The translations under genes and the position numbers were made by a program. A model generated the notes under the pieces. It saw nothing but the letters and a program-made list of their open reading frames with translations, was not told the origin of the DNA and ran no database searches. From a virus: DNA of 64,000 bases. The DNA lies in IMG/VR virus record IMGVR_UViG_3300018428_005148, positions 1 to 64,000 of that record; one strand, written 5' to 3'. This document shows positions 10,187 to 19,474 of the stretch, one piece after another (positions within the stretch are counted from its first letter, which is position 1; each line of letters opens with the position of its first letter).

Positions 10187-11637
10187 TGACGAAGAACGCA
10201 AAGCAAGAACATCTAGGGGAACTCAGCAGAGACTTCGCGGTGTTCTTGCCTGCGATATCAAATTTCTACAACACGTTCATATCAAAACAGAGGATAACAG
10301 GCGGGACACACATTCCGGCTGAACGTATCCCAAAAGGTTTCGAGAACGGAGTCGAGGGACTTAACTTCATAAACCCAGACGAGGGCATGTTCACCTATCC
10401 AACAGCACTTTACTCGGCGGGACACGCCTGCCTGGACATGGATAAGGTGGGTGACAGGGATCATATGTTCGTGAACAGAGACAGGAAGTTCTCTACCATA
10501 GTTGGAGATTCGGGTGGATACCAGATAGGCAAGGGTGTGATCAAGTTTGACTGGAAAGATTTCGAGGGTAACAAGGCAAACAAGGTTAGATCAGATATCT
10601 TGAATTGGCTTGAACTGACCAGTGATTGGGCCATGACATTGGACGTGCCGACTTGGGCGGCGGATGATCTAAACAGTCCAAAGACAGGATTAAAAAGTTT
10701 CCAGGACACGCTAGATGGCACCATATACAACAACAAGTTCTTCCAGAAGAACAGACTGGGACAGACCAAATTCTTGAACGTGCTACAGGGCGATGACTGG
10801 GAGACCGCACAGATCTGGTATAACGCAGTGAAAGACTTCGAGTTTGAAGGATGGGCTATGGGTGGTATCAACATGTGCGACATGGAGGTGATGCTGAAAA
10901 GATTAATAATTATGAGAGACGAGAAGAAACTGGATGGCAAGGATTGGATGCACGTGCTAGGAACGTCACAGATGGACTGGGCGTGTTACCTCACACAGGT
11001 GCAAAGGCAAGTTAGGAAACACATCAACCCTAACTTCACAATAAGTTTTGACAGTGCGTCAGCATTCTTGAGCACGGCGAATGGTCTTGTATACACACAT
11101 AACTCTTTCACCCCTGACAGGTTCTCATTCATAATGGACAAGGCACCAGACGACAAGGCACTGAAGGGCAGTGACATACAATTTCCATTTGATAGTGGAA
11201 TAGGAAGAAGGCTCAGGATGGGAGACGTGTGTTGGTACGGCGAGAAGGACGTCAACAAGTCAGGCAAGATCGGAGCAACAAGTTGGGACAGTTTCAGTTA
11301 CGTGCTGATGATGGCTCACAATGTGTACAATCAAATCAGAGCCATACAGATAGCCAATGATCTCAACGACATAGAATCAATAAAACACAGACCAGAAGTG
11401 AAACACTGGCGTAAAACCAAAGCAAGTGACAAGACCGATGAACCTAGCATATACGTGCCAAGGAACATATTGTATTTCAACACTTTCGTGGAGGAAGTGT
11501 TCACTAGCGAGAAACCCATGGAACTGATAAAGAACGCATCAAGTTATCTTGCTGACATTAGAGGCAACAGATGGGCGAGAGCAACAGGTGGCGGTAAAGG
11601 CAAGAACAATTTTTCAAGTTTATTTGAAGGAGGTTAA
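10186..11637 (+). CDS. dpdA: DpdA/TGT-family DNA-guanine transglycosylase
   Basis: TGT-fold motifs in order: GDSGGYQ, MTLDVP, NVLQG, AMGG, HVLG, SFDSAS, AHN; linked to folE, queE and yhhQ. Confidence 0.8.
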   Translation: MTKNAKQEHLGELSRDFAVFLPAISNFYNTFISKQRITGGTHIPAERIPKGFENGVEGLNFINPDEGMFTYPTALYSAGHACLDMDKVGDRDHMFVNRDRKFSTIVGDSGGYQIGKGVIKFDWKDFEGNKANKVRSDILNWLELTSDWAMTLDVPTWAADDLNSPKTGLKSFQDTLDGTIYNNKFFQKNRLGQTKFLNVLQGDDWETAQIWYNAVKDFEFEGWAMGGINMCDMEVMLKRLIIMRDEKKLDGKDWMHVLGTSQMDWACYLTQVQRQVRKHINPNFTISFDSASAFLSTANGLVYTHNSFTPDRFSFIMDKAPDDKALKGSDIQFPFDSGIGRRLRMGDVCWYGEKDVNKSGKIGATSWDSFSYVLMMAHNVYNQIRAIQIANDLNDIESIKHRPEVKHWRKTKASDKTDEPSIYVPRNILYFNTFVEEVFTSEKPMELIKNASSYLADIRGNRWARATGGGKGKNNFSSLFEGG

Positions 11638-11638
11638 A

Positions 11639-11833
11639 ATGGCTGGTAAAAGTAAAAGAGTGAAGAAACTGGAAGATCATCATGATTACCTTAAAAGAAA
11701 AGTTGATGAATTAACCAAGGATCGTCTAAAAGACAGAAGTGCCGAAAGCAAAACGCTGTTGATGAGGCTAAAGAAGACCAAGTTAGCACTCAAAGACGCA
11801 ATCGCGAAGGCCAAGGCAACGTTGACAAAATAA
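11639..11833 (+). CDS. Small coiled-coil protein, DUF465/YdcH-like
   Basis: ATG 11639 after SD GGAGG; LEDHHDYL..LKKTKLALKDAI pattern. Confidence 0.55.
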   Translation: MAGKSKRVKKLEDHHDYLKRKVDELTKDRLKDRSAESKTLLMRLKKTKLALKDAIAKAKATLTK

Positions 11834-11850
11834 CCACGTCATAGTATAAT
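11822..11850 (+). promoter_or_regulatory. Consensus sigma70 promoter TTGACA-17-TATAAT
   Basis: Perfect consensus; ATG 11856 only 5 nt after the -10. Confidence 0.85.
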
Positions 11851-11855
11851 AAAGC

Positions 11856-12377
11856 ATGGACAGAGATTACAAAACAGGCAGAAGCGATAGTGTTGGTGTT
11901 TTTTCAGGTTTTGAAGTGGAACACACCCCAGCATATGGAAAACAAACACTTTTCCTTGCGAGGAATGATCTTTACTTTGATCAAATCGTAGAATTGGCCG
12001 AAAAAGTCAATGCTGAAGCAATCTATTTTGGAGCAAACAGGTCATTCATGCACAACATCGCAAATACCTCGCAACTAATCAAGAGGCTTATGCGTAAAGG
12101 TTATTGGTGCACTATTGACTATCAATATCATGTACACAAAGAAGTGAAGGAAAGATTTGCCGAGATATGGAATGAAGAAAAATTTATACCTTTCTGTTCG
12201 ATAATATTCCCAAATTCAGAGGATGATAATAATCTTTGTATCAAGGTTGATGATGTTGATTTCAACAAAACCAACCCTGGAGTTTGGACCATGACAATGG
12301 ACAACTTCAAACAGTCATCAGGATTTACATCTTGGGAACACTACAAACAAGACGAACCTATAGAGGAGAAAGCATGA
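11856..12377 (+). CDS. Hypothetical protein within the dpd locus
   Basis: 173 aa (EVEHTPAYG, AEAIYFGAN, KVDDVDF..TNPGVW), ATGA-coupled to the QueD-like gene. Confidence 0.7.
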   Translation: MDRDYKTGRSDSVGVFSGFEVEHTPAYGKQTLFLARNDLYFDQIVELAEKVNAEAIYFGANRSFMHNIANTSQLIKRLMRKGYWCTIDYQYHVHKEVKERFAEIWNEEKFIPFCSIIFPNSEDDNNLCIKVDDVDFNKTNPGVWTMTMDNFKQSSGFTSWEHYKQDEPIEEKA

Positions 12378-12805
12378 ACACTGAACAACAACATGACCAG
12401 GCACTGAAAGAACAGGCTGGCAAGGCAAGCAAAATGATATGGGTAACATTCCGTAAGGAAGGCATCCACAAGTATCCGGCGGCACTGGATGATCCAAAAC
12501 TGGCCACAGGAGACAGATATGATGTCAGTTTCCTTGGACACCCACACAGGCACATATTCCATTTCAAAGTGGCCATAGAGGTGTTCCACGATGACAGAGA
12601 CATAGAATTCATACAGTTCAAGAGATGGATTGAAGACATGTACAGCGAAGGTACATTGAAACTAGATTATAAATCATGTGAGATGATGAGTGATGACTTA
12701 TACGTGGCAATAACAAAAAGATATCCAGGCAGGAAGATCGAGATAGATGTTTCCGAGGACGGAGAGAACGGATCACACGCAGTATATGAAAGAAATAACG
12801 ATTAA
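12374..12805 (+). CDS. dpdL: QueD-like T-fold protein, probable DpdL (CDG decarboxylase)
   Basis: ATG 12374 after GAGGAG. LGHPHRHIF matches LxxxHRHxF instead of the QueD CxxxHGH; IEF, SCE and VSEDGENG motifs present. Confidence 0.65.
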   Translation: MNTEQQHDQALKEQAGKASKMIWVTFRKEGIHKYPAALDDPKLATGDRYDVSFLGHPHRHIFHFKVAIEVFHDDRDIEFIQFKRWIEDMYSEGTLKLDYKSCEMMSDDLYVAITKRYPGRKIEIDVSEDGENGSHAVYERNND

Positions 12806-13106
12806 ACAAAAACGAGCAACCACTAGGATGGGATACCTTCCCATAGGCGGGGGTGGACTCAACGCTTCATACACATTCGTTGACGCTGTGGCAAACATAT
12901 GCGCCACGGCAGGAAACCTGGGCATGAAGTACGGAAAGGATTTCATTTGGGCATATCATGGATATGACAATGAAGATGATGATTGTGTGACTTTGATGGT
13001 GAAGGATGACAAGTACAAAACGTTCTTGCATATCGCACTGCAAAACTCACACAAGATCAAACACACAAAAAACGGCGACGTGAAACTTGTAAAGGAGGCA
13101 AAGTAA
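12786..13106 (+). CDS. Hypothetical protein
   Basis: Tiling ORF, start re-assigned to ATG 12786. Confidence 0.6.
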   Translation: MKEITIKQKRATTRMGYLPIGGGGLNASYTFVDAVANICATAGNLGMKYGKDFIWAYHGYDNEDDDCVTLMVKDDKYKTFLHIALQNSHKIKHTKNGDVKLVKEAK

Positions 13107-13107
13107 A

Positions 13108-13644
13108 GTGAAAGTACCATACACTAACTTTAAAACAAGGGTCGGCGACACTGACGAAGTAGGTGGATGTACGTTTATAGGCGGCGAATGGAAGGATGTT
13201 GACACAACAGAAATTTTTGACAACAAAAAAGTTGTTGTGTTCTCACTACCAGGAGCATTTACACCCACTTGTTCTAGTCAGCAGGTACCTGAATACGAAG
13301 CAAAGTACGATGAAATCAAGGCATTAGGCGTTGACGAAGTGTACTGTGTGTCCGTAAACGATGCATTTGTGATGAACGCTTGGTTCAAAGACCAAAACGT
13401 TCAGAAAGTCAAACCAATCGGCGACGGTGAAGGAGTATTCACACAGGGCATGGGTATGCTTGTGAACAAACCAAAACAGGGTTTTGGAATGAGATCTTGG
13501 AGATATTCAATGCTGGTGGATAATGGAGAGGTTGTTAAAATTTTCGAAGAACCTGGCAAGAATAATGCTAGTGACGACAACGATCCATTTGAAGTATCAG
13601 ACGCTGACACTATGATCAACTACCTGAGGGACAATGCCGGGTAA
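13108..13644 (+). CDS. Peroxiredoxin, Prx5 type
   Basis: SLPGAFTPTCS, SVNDAFVMNAW, GFGMRSWRYSMLV. Confidence 0.93.
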   Translation: MKVPYTNFKTRVGDTDEVGGCTFIGGEWKDVDTTEIFDNKKVVVFSLPGAFTPTCSSQQVPEYEAKYDEIKALGVDEVYCVSVNDAFVMNAWFKDQNVQKVKPIGDGEGVFTQGMGMLVNKPKQGFGMRSWRYSMLVDNGEVVKIFEEPGKNNASDDNDPFEVSDADTMINYLRDNAG

Positions 13645-13939
13645 TTGGGACGGCAAATCTAGACCATCCAATGATTCTTACAGGAAGAATTTTATGGATA
13701 TATTTGCCAAAGAAAAAGAACTAACTGATATATCTATGCAACAGAGTATCGCAAACAAAAAAGAACGACAGAAGAAACAGTCTTGTCCTTGCGGTAGATC
13801 ACCGGTTGGTAGATGTATCGGTTGGCACGGTTTGAGTGAATCAGACTACCAAGTCAAGTTGAAGGAATGGAATGAAAAGACGGAGAAAGAAAAACAGGCC
13901 ACCTATCATCCAAAGGCCATAGACGGAGCAGGAGAATAG
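13634..13939 (+). CDS. Small protein with a CDGSH-like Fe-S/metal motif
   Basis: CPCGRSPVGRCIGWH; N-terminal WDGKSRPSND module. Confidence 0.55.
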   Translation: MPGNWDGKSRPSNDSYRKNFMDIFAKEKELTDISMQQSIANKKERQKKQSCPCGRSPVGRCIGWHGLSESDYQVKLKEWNEKTEKEKQATYHPKAIDGAGE

Positions 13940-14260
13940 ATGTACAAACCATTACCAGACGGACTCACAATAAGGGAATCCAAGGTACAGGGCATGGGCC
14001 TGTTCGCCACCAAGAATTTCGATCCCGATGTGATACTGGGCATAGCACACATTAAGAACAAGAATTTCCCCCACGGATACGTGAGGACAGCACTTGGTGC
14101 CTTCTACAACCATTCAGATCAACCAAACTGCAAGAACCTCGAAGGATTCTGGCACCAATTACCAGTGAAATACCTGGTAACCACAACACAGATTAAAGCA
14201 GGAGAGGAACTCACAGCAAAATACACTTTGTACAAAGATTTCAGTGACAAGTGGGATTAA
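13940..14260 (+). CDS. SET-domain protein
   Basis: GMGLFA, FYNHSDQPN, IKAGEELTAKY. Confidence 0.85.
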   Translation: MYKPLPDGLTIRESKVQGMGLFATKNFDPDVILGIAHIKNKNFPHGYVRTALGAFYNHSDQPNCKNLEGFWHQLPVKYLVTTTQIKAGEELTAKYTLYKDFSDKWD

Positions 14261-14272
14261 TTTTGCTATACT
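14244..14272 (+). promoter_or_regulatory. Sigma70-like promoter GTGACA-17-TATACT with extended TG
   Basis: ATG 14279 lies 6 nt after the -10. Confidence 0.6.
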
Positions 14273-14278
14273 GACACT

Positions 14279-15445
14279 ATGAAAATATTTTACATGGGAC
14301 TTGAATCTTATCAGGCCAGATACACATATCAACTAACGGACTGGACAAAAAGAGCATACGACAAACGAGGAGTGAAGTATGAGATCATTCCAGGTGACAC
14401 CATAGACGACTCAGAGGCCATAGTCACAGGACAGGTGCTGGACGCACACGGTAGGAGTTACTTTGGCATGAGCCAAATGATGAACCTGGTTAAAAAATTA
14501 AAAGCAGGAGAAATCACCGACAAGGACGCGATATTTTTTGAAGATATGTTCCAACCTGGAATGGAATCATTGCCTTACATTTTGCAACAGACACCAGAAA
14601 AATACAGGCCCACAATATATTTGCGTTGCCTAGCACAGGCCATAGATCCAGACGACTTTGTACACGTTTGGGGCATGAGCAAGTGGATGAGCCTATACGA
14701 ACAGATGTGCAACGAGATTCCAAATGTTGTCATACTTGCCAGCAACGAGGAAATGGTTGCCAATATGCGTATAGCAAACTGGAAGGCACCAATATACAAC
14801 ATATCAGGATTGAGTTTTGGCAAGGAAGAAGTGCAATCAAGAGTTGAACAGAAACCTTTCATGGAGAGAAAGAACAGAGTGGTGTTTGGAGCAAGATGGG
14901 ATCAAGAGAAGCAACCACAGTTCTTTATGGATATGATTACAAAGTTCAAACAGAAACATCCTGAAACAGAATTTGCAATATGCCAAGGTGGTCCGTTGAG
15001 ATCTAACAATGAATACTATGTCAAAGAGGCACAGTATCTTGCTAAACAAGGACTGCTCACCATACACGAAAATTTAAAGAAAAACGAATATTATGAGATA
15101 CTAGCAGATTCAAGAGTGCTATTCAACTGTGCCTTACAGGACTGGACATCAAACACAGTTTCAGAAGCAGATGCGTTAGGATGTAACGTGTTGTTTCCGG
15201 CATACAGGTCATTCCCAGAAGTGTTCGCAAACGATCACACAAGATTGTATGTGCCATGGTCACAAGAAGACGCAATGGCAAAACTAGAATTACTATTAAG
15301 CAAACCATCCCCTAGTATGGGTCAAATATCCGATTGGACAAACGGTACGATCGACAGGATGTTGGACATCATGACAGGCAAGGGTGAACAATGGAGAAGA
15401 GATGGATCAAACTATAGGACACCAGTTTCCGAACCCAAATATTAA
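14279..15445 (+). CDS. GT-B (GT4-like) glycosyltransferase
   Basis: ARWDQEKQP, EYYEILADSRVLFN, VSEADALGC, PAYRSFPE. Confidence 0.75.
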   Translation: MKIFYMGLESYQARYTYQLTDWTKRAYDKRGVKYEIIPGDTIDDSEAIVTGQVLDAHGRSYFGMSQMMNLVKKLKAGEITDKDAIFFEDMFQPGMESLPYILQQTPEKYRPTIYLRCLAQAIDPDDFVHVWGMSKWMSLYEQMCNEIPNVVILASNEEMVANMRIANWKAPIYNISGLSFGKEEVQSRVEQKPFMERKNRVVFGARWDQEKQPQFFMDMITKFKQKHPETEFAICQGGPLRSNNEYYVKEAQYLAKQGLLTIHENLKKNEYYEILADSRVLFNCALQDWTSNTVSEADALGCNVLFPAYRSFPEVFANDHTRLYVPWSQEDAMAKLELLLSKPSPSMGQISDWTNGTIDRMLDIMTGKGEQWRRDGSNYRTPVSEPKY

Positions 15446-16433
15446 AGGATCGAGCAAAGCAGTGCTGGTGACAGGCGGTGCTGGATATGTTGGTTCACAC
15501 ACCTGTAAGTTGTTGGAAAAGAACGGCTATATTCCAGTAACAGTTGACAAACATTTCAGAGACGGATTGGTCAGTTTTGGCCCAAATTATAATATAACAT
15601 TGCCACAAGAAATAAACAGGCTTGATGAAATTATTAAAAGACACGATATTACAAGTTGTATACATTTCGCTGGCAGTACAAGTGTGCCTGAGAGTGTTGC
15701 AGATCCTTCACTGTACTACAAAAATAATCTTATTGTGACCATATCACTATTGGATAAACTTATAGAATGCGGAGTAAAAACATTCGTTTTCAGTTCAAGT
15801 GCGGCCGCATATGGTGACCAAGGCTTTAGGAAATGCAGAGAATCAGATGTGTGCAGACCAATCAATCCATATGGTGCAACAAAACTTATGATGGAACAAG
15901 TGTGCAGAGATTACAAAACAGCCTTTGGATTGTCAAGTGTCGGACTAAGATATTTCAATGCCGCTGGTGCGGATCCGGAATCGGAAGTTGGTGAACTGCG
16001 AGACAAGGAGACACACATAGTACCGCTGGCCATCGATGCGGCAAGACAAGGCAAGACATTCAAAATTTTTGGAGGCAAGTATGATACAGAGGACGGCACC
16101 TGTGTAAGAGATTATGTACACGTAATGGACCTTGCAGACGCACACATAAAAGCCTTGAACTACGCCAGTTACAACCAAGTGGCAGAAGTTTTTAATTTAG
16201 GATCAGGCGCTCCTGCATCCAACAAAGAACTAGTAGACACAGTGCAAAAACACGCAGGCACAATGAACGTAGAAATGCATGACAACAGACCAGGTGATCC
16301 TGCATATCTGGTTGCCGACATAACCAAGGTAAAGGAAATTTTAGATTGGGAGCCAACACAGAGTTCTATTGACAACGTGGTGGCAACTGCTGTAAAATGG
16401 TATAACAAGGTTCACAAAAAGGAGATACAATGA
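15402..16433 (+). CDS. galE: UDP-glucose 4-epimerase
   Basis: TGGAGYVGSH, HFAG, SSSAAAYG, YGATK, LRYFNAAGA, DGTCVRDYVHVMDLA. Confidence 0.92.
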   Translation: MDQTIGHQFPNPNIKGSSKAVLVTGGAGYVGSHTCKLLEKNGYIPVTVDKHFRDGLVSFGPNYNITLPQEINRLDEIIKRHDITSCIHFAGSTSVPESVADPSLYYKNNLIVTISLLDKLIECGVKTFVFSSSAAAYGDQGFRKCRESDVCRPINPYGATKLMMEQVCRDYKTAFGLSSVGLRYFNAAGADPESEVGELRDKETHIVPLAIDAARQGKTFKIFGGKYDTEDGTCVRDYVHVMDLADAHIKALNYASYNQVAEVFNLGSGAPASNKELVDTVQKHAGTMNVEMHDNRPGDPAYLVADITKVKEILDWEPTQSSIDNVVATAVKWYNKVHKKEIQ

Positions 16434-16639
16434 CGGACGATAGATCAGTAGATGCAACATACGAAAATGAAGGCACCAGAGACACATCACCCATGGTGCA
16501 GATATCTTTGAAAGAATATGACAAGTTGAAAGAAAGATCTAAATATATCACAGACAGAGATATGATAGCAGTAATAGACAAAATCGAAGAACTGGTCAGG
16601 GCATTGAGAAAACACATAGTAAGATTGGACATAGAATAA
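16430..16639 (+). CDS. Small hypothetical protein
   Basis: 69 aa, SD AAGGAG, ATGA coupling. Confidence 0.65.
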   Translation: MTDDRSVDATYENEGTRDTSPMVQISLKEYDKLKERSKYITDRDMIAVIDKIEELVRALRKHIVRLDIE

Positions 16640-17349
16640 TGGATGACACATTGAAAGACAGTTGGCAACCAGAAGGTCCTGTCAGCAAGAAGATCAAAGA
16701 TAGGATCGAGAAGGCTGGCAAGAGATTCCACGCCAATGACAACATCTCAGACTACATAGAAGATGGTGAACTGGATCAACTGCAACAGGAGATACAGGAT
16801 AAACTGCAAGGTGTGTTTGAGAGTCTTGTGATCGACACAGAGAACGACCACAACACACAGGAGACCGCGAAGCGTGTGGCAAAGATGTGGTTACGTGAGA
16901 CTTTTGGTGGCAGATACAACCCGTTCCCTAGGGTAACAAGTTTCCCAAACATGGGTTACAAAAGCATGTACACATCTGGTCCGATCAGTATTAGATCGAC
17001 GTGTGCCCATCACTTCCAAAACATTGTGGGCAATGCCTGGGTGGGTATCATTCCCAACGGCAAGGTGATTGGTTTGAGTAAGTTCAACAGGATCGTGCAT
17101 CACATCGCAGAGCGTCCGCAGATACAGGAAGAAATGACAACACAGATCGCGGAAGCGTTGCAAGAATACGCACACACAAAAAATATAGCAGTAGTGGTCA
17201 AAGCAGAACATCATTGCATGACACACAGAGGTGTGAAAGAACATGAGTCTGACATGACAACTGCAATAATGTTGGGAGCATTCAAGGACGATCCTGCCAC
17301 AAGAGACGAGTTTTATAAAATTTGCATGAGCATGAAGGGCCATGGATAA
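16639..17349 (+). CDS. folE: GTP cyclohydrolase I
   Basis: ETAKRVAK, STCAHHF, GLSKFNR, QIQEE, AEHHCMTHRGV. Confidence 0.95.
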   Translation: MDDTLKDSWQPEGPVSKKIKDRIEKAGKRFHANDNISDYIEDGELDQLQQEIQDKLQGVFESLVIDTENDHNTQETAKRVAKMWLRETFGGRYNPFPRVTSFPNMGYKSMYTSGPISIRSTCAHHFQNIVGNAWVGIIPNGKVIGLSKFNRIVHHIAERPQIQEEMTTQIAEALQEYAHTKNIAVVVKAEHHCMTHRGVKEHESDMTTAIMLGAFKDDPATRDEFYKICMSMKGHG

Positions 17350-17602
17350 GGATAAAAAGGACGACCACATGGACAACTACATGTTTCCTGAGGACGTGAC
17401 TTACCCAGAATACACAGGTGCCGCAACAGAATCTTTGACAGTGGACGGAATGTCTTGGAGTTTTGGAGGCCTTGATGTGCATACCGCAGACATGTTCGAA
17501 GAGGAGTTGAGGAAGAAGTACCCAGCACTTAAACAGGCCTGGGAACACTACAACAACGTAAAGAAGTTGTGTGAGGCAAAGGAAAAGGAAAATGAGGATT
17601 AA
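17342..17602 (+). CDS. Hypothetical protein
   Basis: 86 aa; C-terminal KYPALKQAWEHY motif. Confidence 0.6.
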   Translation: MDKDKKDDHMDNYMFPEDVTYPEYTGAATESLTVDGMSWSFGGLDVHTADMFEEELRKKYPALKQAWEHYNNVKKLCEAKEKENED

Positions 17603-18644
17603 AGAAGACATAAAATTAAATTTTGATGACGTGCTGATGGAACCAAAACGTTCTACTTTAAGCAGTAGGCGAGATGTTGACATGACACGCAAGTTCACTT
17701 TCAGGAATTCAGGCAAGGTCATGAATTTCACTCCGATATTCGCTTCAAACATGGACGGTGTTGGTACATTTTCAATGGCTAAAGTGTTACAAGAGCACAA
17801 GATGATGACTGTTATTACAAAAAGTACAACCATAGACCAATGGAGACAGGCAGTTGGATCAGGATTGAGATTGCAGAGCGTGAGTGTATGCACAGGTACC
17901 AACAAGATATGGGATCCTGAAGCCGCTGATTACAAGAACATGCAGGACGTCCTTAAAAGTTTCCCAGACGTGAAAATGATCACTGTGGACGTTGCCAACG
18001 CATATCATCAAAACTTTGTTGATTTTATAAAAATGGTAAGAGATGACTACCCTGAAAAAGTCATCGTTGCAGGAAATGTTGTGACACCAGAGATGGTGGA
18101 AGAACTGATAATAAATGGTGCAGACATGGTCAAGATCGGAATAGGACCGGGATCAGTTTGCACAACTAGGACAATGACTGGAATAGGAGTACCACAGTTC
18201 TCGGCGATAGTTGAATGTGCTGACGCGGCCAACGGTGTTGATGGACACATAATGGCGGATGGCGGATGCGTGTATCCAGGAGACATAGCCAAGGCTTTCG
18301 GTGGTGGAGCACACGCAGTGATGATAGGCGGTATGCTGGCCGGACACGACGAATCAGAACAAGAGCCAAAGGACGGCAAGATAGAATTCTATGGCATGAG
18401 CTCGGACAGAGCACGTGAGAAACACGGCAAACGCAAGGACGGTTACAGGGGCAACGAGGGCAGATGGATCAGCCTGCCATACAGAGGACCTGTTGAACCG
18501 ACTGTTGAGGACATACTGGGAGGAGTAAGAAGTGCGGCCACGTATATCGGCGCACGTAGATTAAAAGACATGCCCAAGTGTGCAACATTTGTCAGGGTAG
18601 AAAACAACATAAACAAAGTCTATGAGCGATACACAATCGGATAA
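17592..18644 (+). CDS. guaC: GMP reductase
   Basis: FDDVL.PKRSTL.SR, PIFASNMDGVG, GIGPGSVCTTR, ADGG, FYGMSS. Confidence 0.93.
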   Translation: MRIKEDIKLNFDDVLMEPKRSTLSSRRDVDMTRKFTFRNSGKVMNFTPIFASNMDGVGTFSMAKVLQEHKMMTVITKSTTIDQWRQAVGSGLRLQSVSVCTGTNKIWDPEAADYKNMQDVLKSFPDVKMITVDVANAYHQNFVDFIKMVRDDYPEKVIVAGNVVTPEMVEELIINGADMVKIGIGPGSVCTTRTMTGIGVPQFSAIVECADAANGVDGHIMADGGCVYPGDIAKAFGGGAHAVMIGGMLAGHDESEQEPKDGKIEFYGMSSDRAREKHGKRKDGYRGNEGRWISLPYRGPVEPTVEDILGGVRSAATYIGARRLKDMPKCATFVRVENNINKVYERYTIG

Positions 18645-18954
18645 GATAGAACCAATCAGGGAGAAACTAGACGATAAGATCAAGGCGTTGAACTCATCTC
18701 GGGTATACAAGAAAGTTACTCCCAAGGGAGACCTGTCTTGGTACATCAAATGGGCCAGCAGTATAATATTGATAATCGCAATGCTTTTCACTTCGGCCAA
18801 CATGTTTCCAATGAACCTTTTTGTAGCCAACATTGGATTTATAGGATGGTTGATAGTTGGCATGCTTTGGCATGATAGATCTTTGATAGTTTTAAATTCA
18901 ACATCTTTGGCAATTTATTCATTGGGAATATTGAATCATTACTATGGAAACTAA
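18622..18954 (+). CDS. Small three-TM membrane protein
   Basis: WYIKWASS...GWLIVGMLWHDRSLIVLN hydrophobic pattern. Confidence 0.65.
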   Translation: MSDTQSDKIEPIREKLDDKIKALNSSRVYKKVTPKGDLSWYIKWASSIILIIAMLFTSANMFPMNLFVANIGFIGWLIVGMLWHDRSLIVLNSTSLAIYSLGILNHYYGN

Positions 18955-19399
18955 AAAAACATATTTCACAACTGGCCAGATGAGGAACAGCCTGATACAG
19001 ATAGAGGACCAGATGGTGCACTCGGGCTGGATGCCATCTATAATATTGAGCATCAACAGGGGTGGTTGCATACCCGGTGTGTACCTCTCACACAGGTTGA
19101 AGAAGCCACACGAGGTCCTAGACATAAGATTGAGAGATCACACTACCAAACCCGACCTAAGAGTGTTAGAAAAAGCGTTCGCATGGCAGAAGAAGATCTT
19201 GATCATAGACGACATCAACGACACAGGAGCCACCTTCAAATACATCATGGACAACTTTGGTAAAGAAGATAGAATCAAATTCGCGGCCATGATAAACAAC
19301 AAGCCCTCTCCTGTTAAGATGGACTACAAAGGATACGAGATCAACAAGGATGAAACACCCACGTGGATAGTGTTCCCATGGGAAGAATGGGACAAGTAA
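18944..19399 (+). CDS. Type I purine phosphoribosyltransferase (Gpt-like)
   Basis: INRGG, PRPP loop ILIIDDINDTGAT, C-terminal WIVFPWE. Confidence 0.88.
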   Translation: METKKTYFTTGQMRNSLIQIEDQMVHSGWMPSIILSINRGGCIPGVYLSHRLKKPHEVLDIRLRDHTTKPDLRVLEKAFAWQKKILIIDDINDTGATFKYIMDNFGKEDRIKFAAMINNKPSPVKMDYKGYEINKDETPTWIVFPWEEWDK

Positions 19400-19407
19400 A
19401 CTAAAAG

Positions 19408-19442
19408 TTGTGTTGACACAATCACGGTAAATCAATTAAAAT
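19408..19442 (+). promoter_or_regulatory. Sigma70-like promoter TTGACA-18-TAAAAT with a palindrome over the -35
   Basis: TTGACA at 19413-19418 within TTGTGT-TG-ACACAA. Confidence 0.55.
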
Positions 19443-19474
19443 AAGACACATTAAACAAACCTATAGGAGGATTA

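Noticed and set aside
10186-11637. Ordinary tRNA-guanine transglycosylase (tgt)
   Set aside because: Divergent, lacks the CxCxxC zinc site, and sits beside the DNA polymerase and clamp in a phage; a DNA-acting DpdA is more likely, though unproven.
12374-12805. Canonical queD
   Set aside because: Lacks the catalytic CxxxHGH motif and has LxxxHRHxF instead.
19400-19474. preQ1 riboswitch upstream of yhhQ
   Set aside because: No recognisable preQ1-I stem/loop with A-rich tail, and the predicted leader after the promoter is only about 25-30 nt.
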